64,000 nt of DNA, taken from assembly GCA_963733055.1 (NCBI GenBank), contig CAVTBR010000002.1, positions 1 to 64,000 of the forward strand. Direction: 5' to 3'. A model generated the notes under the pieces. It was not told where the DNA came from, ran no database searches, and worked only from the letters and a program-made list of their open reading frames with translations. Numbering within the stretch: the first letter of the stretch is position 1; each line of letters begins with the position of its first letter. Position numbers and translations under genes: made by a program. This document shows, piece by piece, positions 1-8,477 of this stretch. This DNA comes from Candidatus Bathyarchaeota archaeon. Lineage in GTDB: Archaea; Thermoproteota; Bathyarchaeia; 40CM-2-53-6.

Positions 1-317
1 TCGTGCGGTCCGGTAGACGATGACGCGTTTGGTGCGGTGCCACTGAAGGATGCGGGCAGAACAAAAGCGTCATATGTGGGCCCACCGAAATCGGGGACGA
101 CGTACAAGTAAACGACGTTCGATTGCGTCGTCGGACTGTTCTGCGTGGTCATGAGGGACGATACGATTCCTGCAAGGTCTCCAAATTGTGAAGCCAACTG
201 ATCGATGTGCCCACTTTGATCGGTCACCGCGGCAGTTAGGAGAAAAGTTTGTGTCAGGGACGTGCCTGCGATGACCAAGGTCAGTATTACGACGCCTAAG
301 AGAACCCTATCGTTCAT
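1..317 (-). CDS. Partial membrane-anchored exported protein, possibly cupredoxin-like (runs off window start)
   Basis: Manual translation from ATG at 317: MNDRVLLGVVILTLVIAGTSLTQTFLL...VYLYVVPDFGGPTYDAFVLP, open to the window edge, with an N-terminal hydrophobic anchor. The cupredoxin call is inference from the PDxGxxxxDAF segment and the redox context; no copper ligands are visible. Confidence 0.55.
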   Translation of the reverse strand, partial: MNDRVLLGVVILTLVIAGTSLTQTFLLTAAVTDQSGHIDQLASQFGDLAGIVSSLMTTQNSPTTQSNVVYLYVVPDFGGPTYDAFVLPASFSGTAPNASSSTGPH

Positions 318-798
318 GCATCGTCGGAGAGAGAAACGCACTATTAAGCAGGAATACGTTTTCCAACATTGGAAAGCTGGTACTTCAAACATTTGTCTTT
401 CCGCCGGATTGAACACCTACGCCTACTGCAAACTTCGAAAAAACACATGTAGGTCGTACCCGCGACATGGCGGGGACAGTGGGATAGGTAACCCAACATT
501 ACCATGCTCGAAGCGTCTAGGATCGAAGATGCTTTCAAACGTCCTTCAGCTATACGAGAAATCCTAACCGAAGAGGTATTGGTGTGGGTTGCCACACTCA
601 AACACAACGACTGAGCAACGCTATGTGTGAGTCTCGCCGTGCCTACTGCGATCAGAAAGATGGCGGTTCGAATCAGCCGATCAAGTAGAAGTTGACGAGT
701 GGCAATCGATAGGTATCGAATCCTACCTCGCAGAGAATCCCGACCTAACCCACTGCGTATGATTGCGGAGGCTTGGGACTGACTGTATTGTATTGTGA

Positions 799-2004
799 CT
801 ATGCTGCCCATATGTTGCCGTTGGAATCGACGGTCAAGGTGACTGAGGGTAATGGGAATTGAGCCGGGCCTTGGAGGACCGCCTCGGCGTGGGACGGGTC
901 GAACGCTGCACCGTGACAAGGGCATCTTATCGTGGAGGATGAGCTATCGTAACCTACAGTGCAAGGCCTGTGGGTGCAGGTTGAAGAATACGCAACTACG
1001 CTTCCGTTCTGAAGCCTGACCAATATGTCCGGATTTCCTTGTTGGTCCGTAAAATAGATGGAAGAATTCACCGGAATGTTGGCGATATTACCGATTTTGA
1101 CTCCCGCAGGAATGGGATCCTGTGAATTAGTGGCCGTCTGTGGTTGAACCACGGGCTGCTGGACTTGGGACTGTGTCTGTGAGGGAGCTTGAATTGAAGG
1201 GGCCATTTCTGCTGCCCACGTAGCCACTCCACCGAATGTTACTGCAACGGCGGTCCCTGCAGCCAACATGGCAATCTTTTGCAGCGCCCCTCGGCGTGGG
1301 AGATCGATTCTTCCGCTAATGCCGATGACTTCCGGTTTCAAGAAGCGTTTTAGGGATTTGAGGACGGCGTACTCCGAACCAGCTCCTATCAGCCCAAGGG
1401 TCCCGAACAACAGCCAGATGGAAACAGTCGGGCCCAGTGGAGCAATAGTCGAGCCTACAGTGAGTGTATGGACTTCAGCCAGAATAAGCGCCCCCACCAT
1501 CAACCAAAGGTGTAGCTTCTTGATGGACCCGAAGGCCTTCAGCTTGCGCTTCGACTCCAAGAAGATACCGGAAAGGCCAAGAGTTAAGAGAACCAGGAAA
1601 GCTGCAATTCCGAGTAAAGTGCCTGCGAATGAGTAAGTGATGCTTGAGAGGAGAAATAGGCCGTGAATCGCAGCAAAGACGGTTACGAGGATGGAGAGCG
1701 CGACATGCATTTCCCGCCAACCGTAAACGCGATTCTCCGTGTAGAGCTCCGAAATAACTCGACCCCCTTCGTGCCCTAACGTGTTCGCTCGCAATCGGGA
1801 CATGTACCGCTTATCCGCCCAAGCCTTCCAGAAGCCTTGAATTACGAGGCCTCCAGAGGCTGCCAGAGCGCCCCATCCCAGCAGTTGGGCGTAATTGTAA
1901 GTTCCGAGGATTGCCGTTTGTTGCGTGGCGAGACTCAATCCGAAACCTGCTACTGCGGCGAGAACCGCGATAACTAACCATATCGTTGAACGCACTGCCA
2001 ACAC
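799..2004 (-). CDS. Polytopic membrane protein (ferric-reductase-like His-bearing helices) fused to a C-terminal Rieske [2Fe-2S] domain
   Basis: Several TM helices containing His (MHVALS, AIHG, KLHLW, EVHT), RR-type motif RRGALQK plus TM, Gln/Pro linker, Rieske boxes CTHRPC and CPCHG. Confidence 0.85.
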   Translation of the reverse strand: MLAVRSTIWLVIAVLAAVAGFGLSLATQQTAILGTYNYAQLLGWGALAASGGLVIQGFWKAWADKRYMSRLRANTLGHEGGRVISELYTENRVYGWREMHVALSILVTVFAAIHGLFLLSSITYSFAGTLLGIAAFLVLLTLGLSGIFLESKRKLKAFGSIKKLHLWLMVGALILAEVHTLTVGSTIAPLGPTVSIWLLFGTLGLIGAGSEYAVLKSLKRFLKPEVIGISGRIDLPRRGALQKIAMLAAGTAVAVTFGGVATWAAEMAPSIQAPSQTQSQVQQPVVQPQTATNSQDPIPAGVKIGNIANIPVNSSIYFTDQQGNPDILVRLQNGSVVAYSSTCTHRPCTVGYDSSSSTIRCPCHGAAFDPSHAEAVLQGPAQFPLPSVTLTVDSNGNIWAA

Positions 2005-2022
2005 CGAACGATGTGTTGTGTG

Positions 2023-2268
2023 CTAATCGTCGCCGCTCGAACAGCCGTCGTCATTGTTGCAAGTCTGTTTCTGTTGGGGCGGTGGGGGAGCGTTGACCGT
2101 GCCCGAAGCTGGCGAATTAGTTGGTGAATTTCCCGAGATCGGTTGGTTTTGTTGATTAACTTGGCTAAGTGTGGGCGCATGCATTTTGATTATTGCAAGT
2201 CCGCCGACTGCCGTTATCGCTAGTATAGCAATCAAAAGTGCAACCACAACGGGCGTTGTCGTTCTCAT
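2023..2268 (-). CDS. Small membrane-anchored protein
   Basis: N-terminal hydrophobic helix, N/Q/P-rich linker, C-terminal CNNDDGC; lies 18 bp upstream of the Rieske fusion on the same strand. Confidence 0.6.
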   Translation of the reverse strand: MRTTTPVVVALLIAILAITAVGGLAIIKMHAPTLSQVNQQNQPISGNSPTNSPASGTVNAPPPPQQKQTCNNDDGCSSGDD

Positions 2269-2433
2269 TCGTCGAACAACTCAATCGAGGATATGTGTGA
2301 GACTCCAGTTCGCGGAGGAGACGTTATAGATTCGATGATCGGTCGGAAGAAAACTGATCCCTCGCTTCTATAATCTTGCGATGTTCGCCTCAACGAACTC
2401 ACCTTACGATTTGCGTAAATCCAGTAGAGTCCC

Positions 2434-2467
2434 TTATAATCCGGATTCATCTTCGGTGCACACCAAA
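2434..2467 (-). promoter_or_regulatory. Operator palindrome (TTCGGTGCACACCAAA, 2452-2467) plus TATA box (TTATAA, 2434-2439)
   Basis: Near-identical to the sites at 5811 and 6641, with the same 12-bp spacing to the TATA box. Confidence 0.7.
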
Positions 2468-2703
2468 GAGTATTCAATCGATCTTTAGAGAGGTCGCCGC
2501 ATTCGTGAAAAGTCGCTCCAAGTATTGGGTTTAGGATTCCGAACGCCGAAAGTGCTACGCCTAACCCGGTAACATTTTCCGTGTTGAGCGGAAATCTGTA
2601 ATTAATCTACTATGTTAATTTGCAACCTAGCTGTTTCAATTGTCTGTGACATCAATGCTCCCACCATCGACCCAGAGAATCTCCAAGGGACGTTGTATCT
2701 AGA

Positions 2704-3504
2704 ATGCCGAATGCCGGTGGTTATCAATGGCTCCCCTCAACCCTCCTCCTTCCTCTCAGGGTTTTCTTGGGTGCCACGTTCCTTTATGCAGGCGTTCAAC
2801 ACCTGACAGACCCTTCTTACTTCGACCCGTCCAGGCCGGGTTTCATTGGTCGTCTTGTAACTCAGTACGCAGTCGGTTCGCCTCTCCATGATTTTCTCCG
2901 GGGCGTCGTGCAACCGCACGCGGTCGGCTTCGGGTATCTTGTCGCAACTGGAGAGATTCTCATTGGCTTGGCAGTTCTTGTGGGGTTACTATTTCGCGTT
3001 GCTTGTATCGCGGGTCTAGCGCTTAACCTTACATTCTTTCTTTCGGCCACTTGGACTGTCTTCCCATTTTACTTCGGGTCGGACATAGTTTTCGCGGTGG
3101 GTTGGTTGACCTTACTCTTGACTGGGCCTCAGGCAAATATGAGTATAGATGGCGCGCTCTCGCGACGATTTAGCTCGTTGGGCTGGCTGTTATCTGGATC
3201 GTCTGCGATTCCGAGAGCGGAAACAACGCAACCTGAAAAAACCTCGGTGCCCATGGAGACTCTGCAGGCTCCGTCAAAGGCGGGCTTGTATCCTAAACAA
3301 GTTAGGGAAGTAAACAGCTCCTTTAACAGAATTAAGGAACAATTTCTGGGCAATGAGGAGACACAGTCGGTGCTTGAGATGCTCCGCGTTTTTGTGATCA
3401 GCCTAGGAGTTGATAGGAAAGATTCGGTCAAAGTGCTTGATGGGATCACGAATACTTTGAGAAGAGATGCATGGCAGCTGGATACAGAGGGAGGGTCTGA
3501 ATAA
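2704..3504 (+). CDS. doxD: DoxD/DoxX family (TQO small subunit-like) membrane protein, copy 1
   Basis: LLPLRVFLGATFLYAGVQHLTDP, GEILIGLAVLVGL and FFLSATW...YFGSD motifs typical of DoxX/DoxD; extra C-terminal soluble domain. Confidence 0.8.
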   Translation: MPNAGGYQWLPSTLLLPLRVFLGATFLYAGVQHLTDPSYFDPSRPGFIGRLVTQYAVGSPLHDFLRGVVQPHAVGFGYLVATGEILIGLAVLVGLLFRVACIAGLALNLTFFLSATWTVFPFYFGSDIVFAVGWLTLLLTGPQANMSIDGALSRRFSSLGWLLSGSSAIPRAETTQPEKTSVPMETLQAPSKAGLYPKQVREVNSSFNRIKEQFLGNEETQSVLEMLRVFVISLGVDRKDSVKVLDGITNTLRRDAWQLDTEGGSE

Positions 3505-4134
3505 TTGCCTGAGTCAGAGGAATTATACGAACGATTACGTAGTCAATGCGGTTTGACGCTTTCAAAGGATACCTTCGTTTCATTATATTCCGATAAGCCG
3601 AGCGTTCCTGTACCGATGACTCGCGCTGCTTTCCGACCGACTGGAGCTTTCATGAGTCATGAGCAGGCTAAACGGGTCAGCGTTCAGAGGGGTAGACGTA
3701 GTTTTCTGCGTAGCTTCATGGTGTTAGGGTTGGCGGGTGTGCTGGGTTTAATCTCGTGGAGCGCCTTATCGCAACCGCAGCCTCAAGCGCCTACCTATGT
3801 TTCAAATCCAGGCGCATCTGCCGGTCAGGTGCTTGCAACAGCGCAGAGTGTTCCCTCGGATTCATCGTTACTACTTAACGATCCGACATGGGGGCCTATG
3901 CTGTTGATTCATCTGGATAACGGGCATTTTATCGCCTACAGCGACGTTTGCACTCATGCGGGCTGCCAGGTGAATTTCAACCCATCCGACAAACTCATCG
4001 AATGCCCATGCCACGGAGCAGTCTATGACCCTTACCACGGTGCCCAGGTTCTGGCTGGACCAGCACCAAGCCCGCTAACGCAGATCCCGATCAGGTACGA
4101 TCAAGCTAGCGGAAACATATACCTACAATCGTAA
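3505..4134 (+). CDS. Rieske [2Fe-2S] protein with Tat-like anchor, copy 1
   Basis: RRSFLR plus TM helix; CTHAGC and CPCHG boxes; directly abuts doxD copy 1. Confidence 0.9.
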   Translation: MPESEELYERLRSQCGLTLSKDTFVSLYSDKPSVPVPMTRAAFRPTGAFMSHEQAKRVSVQRGRRSFLRSFMVLGLAGVLGLISWSALSQPQPQAPTYVSNPGASAGQVLATAQSVPSDSSLLLNDPTWGPMLLIHLDNGHFIAYSDVCTHAGCQVNFNPSDKLIECPCHGAVYDPYHGAQVLAGPAPSPLTQIPIRYDQASGNIYLQS

Positions 4135-4214
4135 AATCAAGTGTTCTCAGCAGCTATCGGGAGAAGAAACTACAAGTCAGGTCTTCTTTTGCGCTCTGCA
4201 ATGTTCCCCGACGA

Positions 4215-4925
4215 TCAACCGGTCAGGTAGATGTTGCCTGTTGACCCTTCATATTGTACTGGTACACTCTGAAGCGGGTATGGCGCTGGTCCACCTAAAA
4301 CTTGGGCGTTGTTGTTTGGATCGTATACCGCACCATGGCAAGGACAGACAATGTCCTTCATGGATGGGTCGTACTGAACTTGGCACCCTGCATGCGTGCA
4401 GATTGAGCTGTAAGCAACGAATTTTCCATTACCTAAGTGGATCAGAATTACGGGGCCATATGTTGAGTCGTTGAGAGTCAATGATTGGTCTACTGGAATG
4501 TTCGATGCGTTAGCTACCAACCTTGCCCCCTGTGACGCGGGATTCGTCGCGACGGTTTGGGGCAGGGTCTGGAGCTGAGTATTGGTTGGGAAATAGTTTA
4601 CCTGCTGGGCAGCAGTGTTAGGATTGTACGCTTGAGTGAGCGTTGGTTGGTTTAGAGCAGACATGATCTCATATAATGCTAATCCTGAGAACGAGAGCGC
4701 TGCAAGGCCTAGCATGGTTCGAAGGAAGTTTCTACGTTCTCGTTGGACACGAGATCGCTGTTGCGTTCGAACATCGACGTCGTGCCGAAATGATGCATGG
4801 GAAAGCAGTATGGGGAGTTTGGGTCGACCGTTCAGGCTTGAAACTATCACGTCATTTGGAACTCGCAACCCATAGACGGACACTAATCTCTTTGCAATTT
4901 GTTCGCTTTCCCCAACGTTTGTCAT
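4215..4925 (-). CDS. Rieske [2Fe-2S] protein with Tat-like anchor, copy 2
   Basis: RRNFLR plus TM helix; CTHAGC and CPCHG boxes; paralog of 3505-4134; 4-bp overlap with doxD copy 2. Confidence 0.9.
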   Translation of the reverse strand: MTNVGESEQIAKRLVSVYGLRVPNDVIVSSLNGRPKLPILLSHASFRHDVDVRTQQRSRVQRERRNFLRTMLGLAALSFSGLALYEIMSALNQPTLTQAYNPNTAAQQVNYFPTNTQLQTLPQTVATNPASQGARLVANASNIPVDQSLTLNDSTYGPVILIHLGNGKFVAYSSICTHAGCQVQYDPSMKDIVCPCHGAVYDPNNNAQVLGGPAPYPLQSVPVQYEGSTGNIYLTG

Positions 4926-5755
4926 TGTGTAAGAACATCTCCTAGTTTTGTCGTTGCTCCCTCGGTAGGATGCCGGGTGAGGATGCTCTGAAGAGCGGTT
5001 AGGATTCGTATGGCGTCGTTTCGATCGACGCCTAGGCTTATGACGAATGCTCGCACGAACTCAAGCATGGTCTGGGTCTCTCGGTGCAAAATGTATTGTC
5101 GCTTGATTCGGTCGAATGCATTGTTTATTTCACGCACCTGGTTCGGGTATAGGGTCGCCTTGCTCGGAATTGGAACGTGAACCTCAGGCGTTTCGGCCTT
5201 GATCGGTTTTACGGCATCATTCGTTTGAGGGCTTCCCCGATAGGTTTTGGGCAATAACCACCCCAAAGAACGATGACGCGTTGCCAAGGCGCTATCGATA
5301 CTGTACTTCAGTTGCGGCCCGGTTAACAGTAGGGTTAACCAGCACATGACGAAGACGATGTCCGAACCGAAGTAGAATGGAAACGCGTTCCATGTGGCAG
5401 ATAGATAGAACGTGAAGTTGAGTACTAGTCCAGCGAACGCTGCGATCCTGTATAGGAAACCGGTTAGGACCGCGATTCCTATCAGACACTCTCCGATTGC
5501 AACCGAGTATCCGAACGCAACAGCGTTTGGCTCAACTACACCGGTGAGGAATGCGTGAATCGGCGATCCGATTGAATACCCTACAACAAGTCTTCCGATG
5601 TACCCCGCCATGGAGGGGTTGAAGTAGGCAGGATCAGATAGGTGCTGTAATCCTGCGTAAAGGAACGTGAGACCCATGAATATTCGTAACGGCCAAAGCA
5701 GACTCGCAGGACGCATTGGGTTAGCTGAGATTTTGACAGGCCCCGTTGTGTCCAT
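4922..5755 (-). CDS. doxD: DoxD/DoxX family membrane protein, copy 2
   Basis: LWPLRIFMGLTFLYAGLQHLSDP; clear full-length paralog of 2704-3504. Confidence 0.8.
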   Translation of the reverse strand: MDTTGPVKISANPMRPASLLWPLRIFMGLTFLYAGLQHLSDPAYFNPSMAGYIGRLVVGYSIGSPIHAFLTGVVEPNAVAFGYSVAIGECLIGIAVLTGFLYRIAAFAGLVLNFTFYLSATWNAFPFYFGSDIVFVMCWLTLLLTGPQLKYSIDSALATRHRSLGWLLPKTYRGSPQTNDAVKPIKAETPEVHVPIPSKATLYPNQVREINNAFDRIKRQYILHRETQTMLEFVRAFVISLGVDRNDAIRILTALQSILTRHPTEGATTKLGDVLTQ

Positions 5756-5792
5756 CGAGATTTCACAGAACGAACCTCAACTGCAGGTTGAC

Positions 5793-5826
5793 ATTTAAGT
5801 GGACGCCACTTTCGGTGTACACCGAA
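5793..5826 (-). promoter_or_regulatory. Perfect 16-bp palindrome TTCGGTGTACACCGAA (5811-5826) plus TATA-like TTAAAT (5798-5793) upstream of doxD copy 2
   Basis: Read directly from the sequence; 12-bp spacing to the TATA-like box, as in the other two copies. Confidence 0.75.
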
Positions 5827-5846
5827 GATGAATCGGGTTCCGCACG

Positions 5847-6230
5847 CTACTCTTTGTCGTCAGGGAGTAATTGCCTCTCTAACGAATCGAGTTTCTCAAA
5901 TCTTTCTCCCCATCTCGAGACGAAATTTCGTTGCTTGATCCAGACACCCAGCGACCACAAGACCGCTACTAACGAGGCGAACAGAAGGAACCAATCTGCG
6001 TACTCGAAATCAAAACCCCTCTCATCATGAAAAGGGCGAAGGTTGAACGGAGCGGGGCCAATGTTCACGAAGAAGATAAGGAAGCGTGAAAGGAAGATTA
6101 ACAGTATAATCGAACCGATCAAGTTAACTTTGGCCTGAGTGCGAAAGCGATTGAACTCCGTCGAGGCCTCCTGCAAGAACCTATGAAGGGTCGCTATCGG
6201 GTATTCATCTTCCTTCTCGGACAAAGCCAT
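5847..6230 (-). CDS. Two-TM membrane protein of unknown function
   Basis: Two hydrophobic helices with charged termini; downstream of the wHTH gene on the same strand. Confidence 0.7.
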   Translation of the reverse strand: MALSEKEDEYPIATLHRFLQEASTEFNRFRTQAKVNLIGSIILLIFLSRFLIFFVNIGPAPFNLRPFHDERGFDFEYADWFLLFASLVAVLWSLGVWIKQRNFVSRWGERFEKLDSLERQLLPDDKE

Positions 6231-6290
6231 TTACCACCAAATTGGGTTTATGCACTTGAGTATAGGGCTAGTTCACCAGTGGTGTAGTCA

Positions 6291-6584
6291 CTAAAGAATT
6301 GAAGGTAGGATCTCCCTGAGTTTAAGGTAAACATTTCTTCCCTCGGTCGACAGCCGAATGCCTTCCTCCGACTCCTCAATGAAACTCTTACCTCTAAGGT
6401 AATCCAAGTACTTCTGAAAGTCGTCGTACGAGAGTTGAGTGGCATGGCGCCATAGTGAGGATTTAGAATGCGCACCGACGTTATAAAACAGGAATTCCAG
6501 AATCTCAAACCGTATCTGCACGGGCGATTTCCTGGCAGATCGCGTTGGCTTCACAGCAGCACTCATCGGCTTCGCCCCCTGCAC
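6291..6584 (-). CDS. Archaeal winged-helix transcriptional regulator (HTH_45-like)
   Basis: RKSPVQIRFEILE...LSYDDFQKYLDYL...LSTEGR pattern of small archaeal wHTH proteins. Confidence 0.8.
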   Translation of the reverse strand: MQGAKPMSAAVKPTRSARKSPVQIRFEILEFLFYNVGAHSKSSLWRHATQLSYDDFQKYLDYLRGKSFIEESEEGIRLSTEGRNVYLKLREILPSIL

Positions 6585-6640
6585 GCGACTCCTTCTAATA
6601 TTCTAATTTGACTATTTCTCGGTGAGCCACCTTTACCGTT

Positions 6641-6674
6641 TTCGGTGTGCACCGAAGGTGAATCTGAATTATAA
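6641..6674 (+). promoter_or_regulatory. Operator palindrome TTCGGTGTGCACCGAA (6641-6656) plus TATA box TTATAA (6669-6674)
   Basis: Lies between the divergent wHTH and zinc-finger genes; 12-bp spacing to the TATA box. Confidence 0.75.
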
Positions 6675-6704
6675 GGCACCGAACTACATGCTGTCGTTCA
6701 GTAG

Positions 6705-6923
6705 GTGTATGAATTGCAAACATTTCAAGAATCTCACGACAGGAACTCAGACGATTTTCGGCCAATCATCGGAGTCTACACGTGCGTCCTCTGCGACCAA
6801 ATCTTCAGCACCAAATCCAGGCTGAAACGGCACTACTGCAAGGGGCATCAAGATAGCATGCCGAACTACGAAGGAACACTGACAAAGCAGCTTTCCAAAT
6901 TGACTTACGCGGGGTCAAATTGA
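6705..6923 (+). CDS. Small C2H2-type zinc-finger protein
   Basis: YTCVLCDQIFSTKSRLKRHYCKGH fits Y-x-C-x2-C-x3-F-x5-L-x2-H-x4-H; starts about 30 bp after a TATA box. Confidence 0.7.
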   Translation: MYELQTFQESHDRNSDDFRPIIGVYTCVLCDQIFSTKSRLKRHYCKGHQDSMPNYEGTLTKQLSKLTYAGSN

Positions 6924-7083
6924 GATAGAGGTGGCCACAAGTTAACATAGAATCTGCTTGAACCAAATTAAGAAATCGTGACGCTTGAATACCGCTAGAA
7001 AATGGTTCCCTAAAGTGCAAATGGGAACTCAGCCTGATCCCGCACTGTTGGGCTTATAATCTCGTGTAGTTCTCAGAAGGACT

Positions 7084-8232
7084 ATGGCAACCTCAAGCGG
7101 TAACGTCCCGCCTCCGACGCCGGAACGTACCAGGCACCCATTCCTGACTTACGACATGATCCAAGAGATCCCAGAGTCGATTCAAAAAACGTTGGAGACA
7201 TCCATCCAACTCTGGCGCGCCTCTCGGATTCCGAAGGACAGAGTCGATTTTTACTATACTGGTTGCGGAACTGCGTTCTTCTCGGCAATGTTGGGCTCAA
7301 GCATATTGTCCTTAATGGAGGGCGACCGGTTCAGGTACGAGTGTGTTCAGGCGCTTGAGTTATCCCACTACCACCCTCCAGTGAGCAGGGTTAGCGTCAC
7401 CTTTGGTGTGTCGCATAGCGGAATCACAAAAACCACTCTCGACGCTTTGACTTCTGCGAAAGCGCAAGGCTCGTACTGCTTCGGAATCACGCATTTCCCA
7501 AACAGGCCAATAACTTCAGTGGTGGACGAAACGCTAGTCGTTGGAAATGGGCCGGATAGATCCCGTTGCCACACCAAATGCTACCTCGCCGGCGCAACCG
7601 CCCTAACCTACGTAGGCCTTGTACTTCTCGAAGAACGATTAGCCGCCCGATCTGCAGATCTGCAAGGAATCCGGGCGAGTCTCTCAGAGTTACCGCCATT
7701 GGCCTCGAAGGTTCTAGGCTCAACTGACAATTGGATGAGGGAGTTGGCAGAGAAGTATGAGAGTAGAACGACGATTTATTTCGCTGGAACCGGCGCGAAC
7801 TATCCGAACGCCCTTGAGGCCGCGTTGAAGGTTATGGAATCCAGTTATGTTCCCGCTCAAGGGTTTGAGACTGAGCAGCTTCTGCATGGCCCCTGGGTTT
7901 CCTTGGACGCAGATAGTCTGGTGTTCGTGATGGCCACCGAGGGACGAACGTATGAGAGAAGTATGGATTTGGCCCAAGCTGCGACGAGCTTGGGAGCAAC
8001 CGTGATTCCTATCGTGTATGAGGACGATCGGGACATGGCCTCTGTCTGTGAGCATGTTGTTCGGATTCCACCGGTTGACGAGCAAATTGCACCGTTCCTC
8101 AGCATTATCCCCCTCTACTTGTTCGCGTACTACCTCTCCTTGCAACGCGGATTCAATCCCGACTACATACACTACACCACCCCCGCCTACTGGAAAGCCC
8201 GACAAATCATATTCCCACCAGGAACGCACTGA
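7084..8232 (+). CDS. Double SIS-domain sugar-phosphate isomerase/deglycase (GlmS C-terminal/FrlB-like)
   Basis: MIQEIP, GCGTA, SHSG.T, EAALKVME and EQLLHGP motifs; no glutaminase domain. Confidence 0.85.
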   Translation: MATSSGNVPPPTPERTRHPFLTYDMIQEIPESIQKTLETSIQLWRASRIPKDRVDFYYTGCGTAFFSAMLGSSILSLMEGDRFRYECVQALELSHYHPPVSRVSVTFGVSHSGITKTTLDALTSAKAQGSYCFGITHFPNRPITSVVDETLVVGNGPDRSRCHTKCYLAGATALTYVGLVLLEERLAARSADLQGIRASLSELPPLASKVLGSTDNWMRELAEKYESRTTIYFAGTGANYPNALEAALKVMESSYVPAQGFETEQLLHGPWVSLDADSLVFVMATEGRTYERSMDLAQAATSLGATVIPIVYEDDRDMASVCEHVVRIPPVDEQIAPFLSIIPLYLFAYYLSLQRGFNPDYIHYTTPAYWKARQIIFPPGTH

Positions 8233-8477
8233 GCACCCCCGGCAGCTCGATTTACCTCGTATAACTATGGATCCTGAAAGCGGCACCGCAATCCCGGAAA
8301 AAGGTGCCGTTTTCGGTCGCGCCATGCAGGAAAATCATGGGTGAGGGCTTACCCGTCTTCGTTAGGTCATTGACTCGACGTTGATTTTATGGTACACCGT
8401 TGTGCTGAGAACAGAGCACTAGCTTTTCATAGGACTATTTAGACTTAGGTGGAAAATTCAACGGATGCATATACCGC

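Noticed and set aside
841-853. GACTGAGGGTAAT, resembling the element junction motif
   Set aside because: It lies inside the intact Rieske coding sequence with no further IR similarity; probably chance.
262-925. ORFs 262-567 (+) and 344-925 (-)
   Set aside because: They overlap better-supported genes, have atypical composition and show no motifs; treated as shadow ORFs.
2704-5755. Assembly artefact as the explanation for the inverted DoxD-Rieske duplication
   Set aside because: The two copies differ substantially in sequence and length, so this is an old duplication.
7084-8232. Assignment as glmS
   Set aside because: It lacks the N-terminal glutaminase domain.
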